33,544 nt of DNA from Polyangiales bacterium (GTDB lineage: Bacteria; Myxococcota_A; Polyangia; Polyangiales; Houyiibacteriaceae), in the NCBI GenBank assembly GCA_045106895.1, contig JBGCFM010000204.1, positions 1 to 33,544 on the forward strand. The letters are read 5' to 3'. Every line of letters begins with the position of its first letter. Position 1 is the first letter of the stretch. The notes beneath the pieces were generated by a model. The model saw only the letters and a program-made list of their open reading frames with translations, searched no databases and had not been told where the DNA came from. The position numbers and the translations under genes were made by a program. Below, piece by piece: positions 1 to 7,294 of this stretch.

Positions 1-267
1 GTCTTCTCCCTCGTCCTCGTCGCCTGGTCAGTCCTTGGATCGACGCTTGGGCCGATCCTCCTCGTGCGTCTCGCGAAGCGGCCGCTCCCCGACTGGCTCG
101 CGTTCGTCATGATGCTCTCGGGTGTGGCAACGGTCGTTGCGTGGGGGGAGTCTGAGTACAGCGCTTCGGTGTTCAAGGCGCTTCCCGGCATGATGGTGCC
201 GCTTGGCATCTACAGTCTTGTGTCGGCGACGATGCTGCGCCGAAAGCCGGACCCGGCTGCAGACTAG
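1..267 (+). CDS. 3' end of sodium:solute symporter (PutP/proline symporter-like), partial, starts upstream of window
   Basis: Frame 1 is open from base 1 to TAG 265-267: VFSLVLVAWSVLGSTLGPILLVRL...VVAW...KALPG. This resembles the C-terminal TM helices of SSS/PutP proteins (LVxxAWxGxGxxFGP motif). Confidence 0.65.
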   Translation, partial: VFSLVLVAWSVLGSTLGPILLVRLAKRPLPDWLAFVMMLSGVATVVAWGESEYSASVFKALPGMMVPLGIYSLVSATMLRRKPDPAAD

Positions 268-913
268 ATTCGATACCGAAATTCGCAACGGATTCGATAC
301 CGAAATTCGCAACGGTGTTGACCGATACTCGCAACGCAACCACCGAAATTCGCAACGGGGTTGATCGATACTCGCAACGAAATTCGCTACCGAAATTCGC
401 AACGGTGTTGACCGATACTCGCAACGCAATCACCGAAATTCGCAACGGGGTTGATCGATACTCGCAATGCAATACCGAAGTTCGCAACGGGGTTGATCGT
501 GATCGAAACTGAAATTCGCAACCACCGAAAACTGAAATTCGCAACGGGGTTGATCGATACTCGCAACAACGACACCGAAAAACTGAAATTCGCAACGGGG
601 TTGATCGATACTCGCAACAACGATACCGAAATTCGCAACGGGGTTGATCGTGATCGAAGCTCGCAACGCAACACAACACCGAAGTTCGCAACGGGGGTGA
701 TCGTGATCGAAACTCGCAAGGTTGATCGTGATCGACGCAACGCAACACGGAAGTTCGCAACGGGGTTGATCGTGACCGAAACTCGCAACGCAACACAATG
801 CCGAAACTCGCAACGGGGTTGATCGTGATCGAAACTCGCAACGGGGTTGATCGAAACTGATCGAACTCGCAACGGGTTGATCCGGAAAAGCAACCAGAAG
901 TTGCAACTGGTTG
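267..913. repeat. Left tandem array of degenerate units around core (T)CGCAACGGGGTTGA(TCG)
   Basis: Core GG(G/T)GTTG or near variants start at about 314, 357, 404, 447, 489, 546, 597, 640, 693, 720, 762, 815, 843 and 874. There is a 24-bp tandem pair (267-290 / 291-314) and an 80-bp near-identical duplication with 90-bp period (298-377 / 388-467). The array starts at the stop codon of the upstream gene. Confidence 0.95.
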
Positions 914-1110
914 ATAATGAACTAGCGAAACTCGCGGCGGGTGATTTCAGAAAGTCGCAGGTCCCATCCGATGACTGCTGGCGAAGTTCGATACAATGGG
1001 TGGATCAAGACGGGTTAGGCTCAACTTTGCACGCGGAGGCCGACCATACACACCAGACGACGGCCCCCGGCATCGACGTGAAGGAGGTGCAGTCGGGGAA
1101 AGGTGGTCCG

Positions 1111-2064
1111 TTAGGCGGGCTCGGCGACCTGCCCGAAGCTCTGAACCATCGCCCAAGTACCGGCGGGCCAAACCACCGACTCTCCACGCAGAAACCGCTC
1201 GCGACAGTCGTCGTAGCGCGCTTGCCAGGCGAGAAACTCTCGTTTCACCGCGATCGCTTCTTCCTCGCTCAGGCCAATCGTCGCGAAGTGGGGTGTCAGC
1301 TTGCCGAAGACTTCATAGGACTTGGCGCGCTTGAAAGGCGAGAGCTTCATAACGCGGTTGGCGCCAAGGAACTTCCATCCTTTCTCCCTCACCGCACTAC
1401 GTGCCGTATCGACGTGCTCATGAAGACGCGTCTCCAATGCTGTCATCGCGGCTTCACGACTTCCGTAGTGTTCCAAAAGCCAGGGGCACATAACCAGCGT
1501 GAATGAAGAGTCGTCTGGAAGGGTCGTCTTCTTGCCGAAGAAATGTGTTGGTCGCTTGGCTCTGTAGCGTTTGATGCCCATGTCCTCGAGTCGCGATATC
1601 AGCCCGGGCCATTCCCGTGGAAAGCGAACTGCGCCCGCCGCGACGGGGTTCGCGAGCGTGTACGCAATCTTGTCTACGATGGCGAATGCGCTGCGAAGCA
1701 CGATGGGCGGAGAGAGCTCTTTGAACACGGCGCCACTCCATCCGTATTTCGCTTTCACTACTTGCGCGAGGGTTCGGTTGAAGTCCGCAAAGAACTTCGG
1801 GCGAAGGCCCCGCGTATCTCGCAGGACAAGGTGATAGTGGTTCGACATGAAGGAGAACGCGAGAATCTCAATGCCCCACTTCTCCGCGTAGTGCCCCAGA
1901 AGGTAGAGCACGGCTTCCCGAATCTCGGTGTTCGGTTTCAGCAGGTAGCGACGGTGCAGTGTACGAACGCTGGCGAAGACGGTTTGGCCCGGTAGGACGA
2001 TTTGACGGTTTCGCCCGCGTCGTCGTCGTGAGTCTGAGCCCGCATGTCGTTTTGATGTTGCCAT
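1111..2064 (-). CDS. Y1/HUH tyrosine transposase, RAYT (TnpA-REP)/IS200-related, 317 aa with C-terminal extension
   Basis: From ATG 2064 (MATSKRH...). HUH motif FMSNHYHLV and catalytic Tyr motif IAYTLANPVAAG...EWPG are typical of Y1_Tnp/RAYT proteins. About 160 further residues end ...WPAGTWAM. The ORF-track extension to 2478 only reads through the repeat array. Confidence 0.88.
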   Translation of the reverse strand: MATSKRHAGSDSRRRRGRNRQIVLPGQTVFASVRTLHRRYLLKPNTEIREAVLYLLGHYAEKWGIEILAFSFMSNHYHLVLRDTRGLRPKFFADFNRTLAQVVKAKYGWSGAVFKELSPPIVLRSAFAIVDKIAYTLANPVAAGAVRFPREWPGLISRLEDMGIKRYRAKRPTHFFGKKTTLPDDSSFTLVMCPWLLEHYGSREAAMTALETRLHEHVDTARSAVREKGWKFLGANRVMKLSPFKRAKSYEVFGKLTPHFATIGLSEEEAIAVKREFLAWQARYDDCRERFLRGESVVWPAGTWAMVQSFGQVAEPA

Positions 2065-2165
2065 GTGAAAGGCAGTCCACGAAGCGTGCCGCGCGGATTG
2101 GGTCAAAACGAGCTTCGTTTGGTCGTTTGCAAGTGTGCCTGCGCCGATGAACGCCGGTGTCCGCC

Positions 2166-2426
2166 AGTTGCAATATGCAACGGGGTTGAGTTGCAATATG
2201 CAACGGGGTTGTGTCGCAATGGCGCAACGGGGTTGCGTCGCAATGGTGCAACGGGGTTGCGTGTCGCAGCGTGTGATGGTGCAACGGGGTTGCGTGTCGC
2301 AGCGTGTGGGGTTGGGGTTGCGTGTCGCAGCGTGTGGGGTTGCGGGGTTGCGTGTCGCAGCGTGTGGGGTTGCGTGTCGCAGCGTGTCGATGGTGCAACG
2401 GGGGTTGCGTGTCGCAGCGTGTCGCA
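2166..2426. repeat. Right tandem array, core GCAACGGGGTTG / GGGGTTGCGTGTCGCAGCGTGT
   Basis: GGGGTTG starts at 2182, 2205, 2229, 2253, 2286, 2308, 2314, 2336, 2344, 2366 and 2401. The first two units, AGTTGCAATATGCAACGGGGTTG, are identical (2166-2188, 2189-2211). Confidence 0.95.
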
Positions 2427-2447
2427 AAGAGAAGAGGGGGACCTCCT

Positions 2448-3911
2448 TTAAAGCGTGGCGGCTCGACTCAGGTGCCACGCGCGAAGCACTTCAAACTCAT
2501 CCGCATCGCCAAGCACAGACCCTGCTCGAAACACAACGAAGACCTCGTCCGAGGCGCGCCAAAGCAGGACTTCGTCTTGGTGAATATCGTCGAAGCCGCC
2601 GGCGCGACGGGCGTCGCACTCAACGTCTCCGAGAATGCAAAACGGCGCCTCACCCACGTGGTCGAGGGCGCTCTCAAGTCGTCCAAACAAGCCCACACTC
2701 ACCCGCCCTCGTACCAAGCGCGCGAAGTACTCCAAGGCGTCGAGGGTCTCTGGGAGCATCCCGGCGCTCAGCGACTGAGGCCGCAGCAGTGCGCCGCTGT
2801 AGCGACCTTCCTCGAGCGCGCGAAGCCAGCTCGTGGGAACGTCTGACGCGTCGCCGCTTGGAACGCGCGCGATAGGCCCCACGGGCATGCGGTAGTAGAT
2901 TGCTTCGCCTTCGCCGCCGTACTGCCCTGTGTAGCTCGTCACCGTGTACGCGCCGAGTCGTTGATTCACGCGCTGCATCGCGCCGGTGGCGCCAGTTCGG
3001 TTGCGTCCGGTGAGAAAACGATAGCGCGGCGTGCCATCGCTTTTGGTCATCTCTCTTGCGGCGCGGAGTACTTCTTGTTTGAGACTGAGGCCAAGTCCGC
3101 GTCCGTGCATGGCGGGATCGAGCGTGGTGGATACGGCGTAGAGGGTGTTTGATTTGTGGCGGAAGACGTCCTGGTCTGGACCGTCGGCGTCGACCATCTC
3201 CAACGGAATCGCCAGGCTAAACCCAACGAGCTTCCACACTCCGTCGTGCTCTGCTTCTGCCACACTCGCGATACCGTCAGCTTCGTCGAAGGCGATGCGC
3301 AATTTCTCCGGCGTGTCGCGCCTGGCGGGCTCAAAGATGCGCGCCTCAAGGTCAACGAGCTTTGGCAGCAATTCATCCACTTCGTCGGCGCTCGCGCTTC
3401 GCACGTGAATCCTGGACTTGAGCAATTGCGGCGTCGGTGCAGCTTCTGGGCTCACCTCCCGCCCAGCTTCGAGAAATTTGAGGACTCGGCGGATCACGTC
3501 GAAGGCCAATTCTACGGTCCGTACTCGCCCTGCATGTGCGATGTTGAGCAGAACCTTGGCGTCGCTTTGATCGACCTTGAGTCCGAGCACAGCACACCCT
3601 TCACGAAGCTCGCGTGCCGCCAGAGGCGTCTCTAGGGTAAGGGCAACACGAGTTCGCTTCGCCTCGAAGTGCCGAACGTTGGCGAAGCGACCAGCGAGGG
3701 CGTTTCCGAGGTTGAGGAGTTCTTCCGTGTCCACGCCGGGCGCTGGCTCCGAGATCTCTGGGCGGTGCCCGCCGTAAAGGAGGTACTGATCCAGGTCTCC
3801 TTCGTCAAAGGCGCGGCGCAGGGCGTGCGGCGCCGGAGGGAGGCTGGTGTGTGACAGATCGAGGGTCACGCGCCCATCGAGCTCTGCGCACCAAGCGCCA
3901 AGTCCGGCCAT
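2448..3911 (-). CDS. GNAT-family N-acetyltransferase domain protein (central GNAT, unassigned flanks)
   Basis: Acetyl-CoA motif A TLYAVSTTLDPAMHGRGLG and motif B AMQRVNQRLG. Start taken at ATG 3911 (MAGLGAW); the extension to 4157 overlaps repeats and the divergent kinase. Start uncertain. Confidence 0.65.
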   Translation of the reverse strand: MAGLGAWCAELDGRVTLDLSHTSLPPAPHALRRAFDEGDLDQYLLYGGHRPEISEPAPGVDTEELLNLGNALAGRFANVRHFEAKRTRVALTLETPLAARELREGCAVLGLKVDQSDAKVLLNIAHAGRVRTVELAFDVIRRVLKFLEAGREVSPEAAPTPQLLKSRIHVRSASADEVDELLPKLVDLEARIFEPARRDTPEKLRIAFDEADGIASVAEAEHDGVWKLVGFSLAIPLEMVDADGPDQDVFRHKSNTLYAVSTTLDPAMHGRGLGLSLKQEVLRAAREMTKSDGTPRYRFLTGRNRTGATGAMQRVNQRLGAYTVTSYTGQYGGEGEAIYYRMPVGPIARVPSGDASDVPTSWLRALEEGRYSGALLRPQSLSAGMLPETLDALEYFARLVRGRVSVGLFGRLESALDHVGEAPFCILGDVECDARRAGGFDDIHQDEVLLWRASDEVFVVFRAGSVLGDADEFEVLRAWHLSRAATL

Positions 3912-3972
3912 CGCTTCGCGAAACGCGACTTTTTCCAGAAAACCAAGGGTTTCTAAGCGTTCTCGAAGAGCC

Positions 3973-4050
3973 TTCGGCGTCAACGGGGTTGAAAATCGGC
4001 CCTGGGATTCGAGAAGATTCGGCGTCAACGGGGTTGAAAATCGGCCCTGG
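3973..4050. repeat. Two identical 33-bp direct repeats TTCGGCGTCAACGGGGTTGAAAATCGGCCCTGG (45-bp period)
   Basis: Copies at 3973-4005 and 4018-4050. Each contains TCAAC-GGG-GTTGA, the same core as the transposase-flanking arrays. Confidence 0.92.
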
Positions 4051-4223
4051 CGGGGCTGAACGTCAAATGGGATCGCGGCGATAGGGGGCGTCGTGCTCAC
4101 GCGTTGCCATACCTGCTCACATCCCCAAGGGAAAGAGGGCTTTCGCCCGTGTCCCACACGCTCCTACGTGTGCTCCACTCCCCGTATGATCCATCCCCAC
4201 GTTATACCTGCTACGCTGTCGAC

Positions 4224-5873
4224 GTGGGATCCGCTCTCGATGCCTTCGGGCCGCCAACGATGGGGAGGTACGAGCTTCTGTTTCGTATCGCTGCCGGCGG
4301 CATGGCCGAGGTATACGCTGCTCGCGTTCAAGGTGAGGCGGGTTTCGAGAAGCTCGTCGCCGTCAAGCGCATGCTGCCCACGCTCGCCGACGACGAAGAG
4401 TTCGTCACGATGTTCCTCGATGAGGCGAGGCTCGCGGCCAATATCTCGAGCCCGTATGTCGTACAGACGCTCGACCTAGGTCGAGACGGGGACGGCGCGC
4501 TCTTCATCGCGATGGAACTCATCGTCGGCGTCACCCTCAGTCGCATCATGAAAGAGGCGGCGAAGGTCCGCCGCGCGGTCCCGGTCCCGATGGCCATCGA
4601 GCTTCTCGCCCAGTCCGCCGAAGGTCTTCACGCTGCTCACGTCGCGACGACGCCCATTGGCCAAGCGCTGGACATCATTCACCGCGACGTGAGCCCGCAG
4701 AACATTCTCGTCGGCGTGGACGGACGCGCGCGCCTCACCGACTTTGGTGTCGCTCGCGCCGTGTTGCGCTCCACGAAAACCGACGCCGGGCGCATCAAGG
4801 GTAAGTTCGCTTACTGCGCGCCGGAGCAGCTGCGCTCCGAAGAGATCGATCAGCGCGCTGACATCTTCTCTCTGGGCGTCGTCTCATGGGAAGCCCTCGC
4901 GGGGCAGCGGCTCTTTGTCGCCGACCACCCGCTGGCGACGATGGAACGCGTCACCAGCATGCCTATTCTTCCGCTGCATCAGGTACGCGCCAAGGTTCCA
5001 GAGGCCGTCTCCGCCGTCATTGACAAGGCACTCCAACGCGATCCCGCCGGGCGCCAAGCCAGCGCACGAGAGTTCGCAATGGAGCTTCGCCGCGCCGCCA
5101 TCGAAGGTGGCTTGAAGCTCCCCGCTCAGTCCGACATCAGCCGATTCGTGAAGGCCGCCGGCGGCGCTCCTCTGAAGAAGATGCGCACCAACATTCAGGA
5201 GGCCCTGGCGGGTGGTCCTCGTGATGTCGGCCGCCTCGACGAGCCCTCGGCGATTTCCGTCACGGGCACCAACGACACGGATATCGGCGCCGGTGTTCGC
5301 AGCGTGAGCGAAGAGGAGCCGGACGCGTCCGGCATCGCACGCATCCCCGGCAGCTTGATTCCCAAGCCGGTAGAGCCGAAGCCGCAGACGAACTTTCGTT
5401 TCTACGCCATCGCCGCGGCAGCGCTCCTGACCTGCGCCGGCATCGGTGCTGGACTCGCTTTGGGCGCTGGTGGCGATCAGGAGACCGTCACAAGTCTGCC
5501 TCCGCTCGTGTCCGCCCCGGAGCCGCCAGCGGACCCCGTCAGCGAAGCGGAGATCGATGGGCCCATCGAAGTCACCATCCCCGAGACTGATGTTATCGAA
5601 GGTACCGACACTGAAACGACGGAACCTGGCGCGGAGGAGGCCACCGACGACGAGCCTCTCCCGCCTCGCCGGAGGGTGCGTCGTCGACGAGTCACGCCGA
5701 TGACGACGTCCATGACGACGTCTATGACAACAGCGATGGCGACGCCGATGACCTCACCGATGACGACGCCACGGATGACTGGGCCAGCGGCCGTTGTGCC
5801 TATGGAAGCCGCGCCACGCATGAACGGCCCCCTCGTCGGCATCGACGCCTTCGATCGCGAACTCGGCAACTAA
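4224..5873 (+). CDS. Membrane-anchored eukaryotic-like Ser/Thr protein kinase
   Basis: RYELLFRIAAGGMAEVY, VAVKR, HRDVSPQN, DFG and GKFAYCAPEQ motifs; TM helix FYAIAAAALLTCAGIGAGLALG; low-complexity C-tail. Start GTG 4224 or ATG 4260. Confidence 0.93.
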   Translation: MGSALDAFGPPTMGRYELLFRIAAGGMAEVYAARVQGEAGFEKLVAVKRMLPTLADDEEFVTMFLDEARLAANISSPYVVQTLDLGRDGDGALFIAMELIVGVTLSRIMKEAAKVRRAVPVPMAIELLAQSAEGLHAAHVATTPIGQALDIIHRDVSPQNILVGVDGRARLTDFGVARAVLRSTKTDAGRIKGKFAYCAPEQLRSEEIDQRADIFSLGVVSWEALAGQRLFVADHPLATMERVTSMPILPLHQVRAKVPEAVSAVIDKALQRDPAGRQASAREFAMELRRAAIEGGLKLPAQSDISRFVKAAGGAPLKKMRTNIQEALAGGPRDVGRLDEPSAISVTGTNDTDIGAGVRSVSEEEPDASGIARIPGSLIPKPVEPKPQTNFRFYAIAAAALLTCAGIGAGLALGAGGDQETVTSLPPLVSAPEPPADPVSEAEIDGPIEVTIPETDVIEGTDTETTEPGAEEATDDEPLPPRRRVRRRRVTPMTTSMTTSMTTAMATPMTSPMTTPRMTGPAAVVPMEAAPRMNGPLVGIDAFDRELGN

Positions 5874-5901
5874 CGAAGCCGAGGATTCACGAGCCCCACG
5901 T

Positions 5902-6270
5902 TTAGGGAGCGGTGGGCACCATCGAAGTACGCTCGAGCTCTTCGAGGACATCCTCAAGCTGCTCGACCTTTTCCTCGAACGCGACCGCGACCTTGTGTCG
6001 CCAGAGCCCGTCGGCGTCGGCTTCGTTTGGCTCCACGCGGACGATGGTTCCCTGGATGATTCGCTCGGTCCCCTCGTTCGGCACCGCCAACGTGACCTCG
6101 ACACTTGACCCAACGGCGAGCTGCGCCGCGGCGACGACTAAGACACCACTGGCCGATACGTCCCGAGAGATGGACATGACCACGTCGCCTTCGGCCTCCA
6201 TACGAATCGGAAACCAGACGGCGTAGCGAGTCGCACGTGGCGTCTGGCCGTCACTCAGCGCGTCACTCAC
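5902..6270 (-). CDS. PilZ domain protein
   Basis: 122 aa with PRATR...RDVSASG (D/NxSxxG) and IVRV...VAVAF beta-barrel pattern. GTG overlaps the upstream TGA (GTGA). Confidence 0.8.
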   Translation of the reverse strand: MSDALSDGQTPRATRYAVWFPIRMEAEGDVVMSISRDVSASGVLVVAAAQLAVGSSVEVTLAVPNEGTERIIQGTIVRVEPNEADADGLWRHKVAVAFEEKVEQLEDVLEELERTSMVPTAP

Positions 6271-7208
6271 TTGGTCAGTCCGATCGCCTTCAGTCGCTCA
6301 AGAAGGAACTCCTCGTTGTTGATCGGTGGGTACTTGGCTGCCTCTCCTTCGGGGATGCAGCTCTCCAAAACCTCAAGGTCAACGTCGAGGTGCGGATGCA
6401 CAAAGAAGGGCATGGAGTAACGAGGACTGGGGTCGCCCTTTGGATTGACAACTCGGTGTGTCGTCGCCGGGATCTTGTCGTTGGTGATGCGGCTCATCAT
6501 GTCGCCGGTGTCCACGATGATCTGTCCGGGGATCGCGTGAATCGGCAGCCACTCTCCTTCGCGCGTGAGCAGCTCAAGACCCGACTCGTCGGCGGGAGCG
6601 AGGAGCGTCATCAAGTTGATGTCCTCGTGCGCTGCGGCGCGCATCACGCCAGGCTCGTCGAAGCCGTCGCAGACGGGGTAGTGGATGACACGCAAGATCG
6701 TGTTTCCCTTCGCCACCATCGACGGGAAAAAGCTCGCGCTCTGTCCAAGGTAGCTTCCGAACGCCGAGAGGATCACATCCGCGACACGGTCGAGTTCCGC
6801 GTACACAGAGAGCGACGCGCTCTTCAGGGAGTCGTGACCGTCCGGCCAGACGTTCTCCGGAAGGCGTGCGCGCATGGGGTCCGCAGCGTCCAGTTCTCGA
6901 CCCACATGAAAGAACTCTTTCAGGTCAGGCTTCTTGCTGTCTTTCGCGTGCTCAACGCCGAAGGACGTATATCCGCGGCGTCGCCCACTCTCCGCACGCT
7001 CCGCTTTCTTCTTTTCAGCCTCCTCCGCCGCGAAGAAACTTCGGTACGACTCGTAGGTCGCATCGAAGAGAGATTGATCGATGCCATGGTTCTCAATGGC
7101 GACAAAACCGAGCGCTTTCAATGAGTTGCCGATCGCGTCGACGAATGCATCGCGCTTCTCAGGGTCCTCGTAGTGGCTCAGATCAACGACGGGAATAGAT
7201 TGCTCCAA
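6267..7208 (-). CDS. 2-oxoglutarate/Fe(II) oxygenase, isopenicillin N synthase-like family
   Basis: IPVVDLS N-terminus, HED...H(RV) facial triad, RYS 2OG-binding motif; TTG start with GAGGAGG SD. Confidence 0.92.
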   Translation of the reverse strand: MEQSIPVVDLSHYEDPEKRDAFVDAIGNSLKALGFVAIENHGIDQSLFDATYESYRSFFAAEEAEKKKAERAESGRRRGYTSFGVEHAKDSKKPDLKEFFHVGRELDAADPMRARLPENVWPDGHDSLKSASLSVYAELDRVADVILSAFGSYLGQSASFFPSMVAKGNTILRVIHYPVCDGFDEPGVMRAAAHEDINLMTLLAPADESGLELLTREGEWLPIHAIPGQIIVDTGDMMSRITNDKIPATTHRVVNPKGDPSPRYSMPFFVHPHLDVDLEVLESCIPEGEAAKYPPINNEEFLLERLKAIGLTK

Positions 7209-7294
7209 AAGGCCTCCTCACCCGACTTTTACCACACCCGCCGCATGTTGGTGCCTGCAACCTGCGATCTCTGAGCAAGCCGTGTATCCTACGG

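Larger units (their letters stand above)
267..2426 (-). mobile_element. REPtron-like locus: Y1/HUH transposase flanked by repeat arrays
   Basis: The transposase lies between two arrays sharing the CAACGGGGTTG core. No tnpB, no long terminal IRs and no obvious target duplication. The organisation is analogous to RAYT-REP loci. Confidence 0.65.

Noticed and set aside
28..906. Several overlapping ORFs across the left array (e.g. 173-841 -, 387-893 -, 451-822 +)
   Set aside because: Translations merely reflect the DNA repeat in multiple frames; no protein-like features.
267..913. CRISPR array interpretation of the left (or right) repeat array
   Set aside because: Repeat length and period are irregular, intervening sequences are permutations of the repeat rather than unique spacers, and no cas genes are present.
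1643..1650. ACGGGGTT inside the transposase matching the array core
   Set aside because: It is the antisense of codons for the conserved NPV motif; an 8-bp match without the CAAC/GTTG stem is probably coincidental. The same applies to the ACGGGGTTG near 10480 in the VWA gene.
1111..2064. Classical IS200/IS605 element with TnpB/IscB
   Set aside because: No RuvC-type gene is adjacent, the protein is much longer than IS200 TnpA, and the flanks are arrays rather than single end hairpins.
2065..2478. N-terminal extension of the transposase ORF to 455 aa
   Set aside because: The extension is the translated right array (HAATRNP repeats) and overlaps the GNAT gene end; ATG 2064 is the better start.
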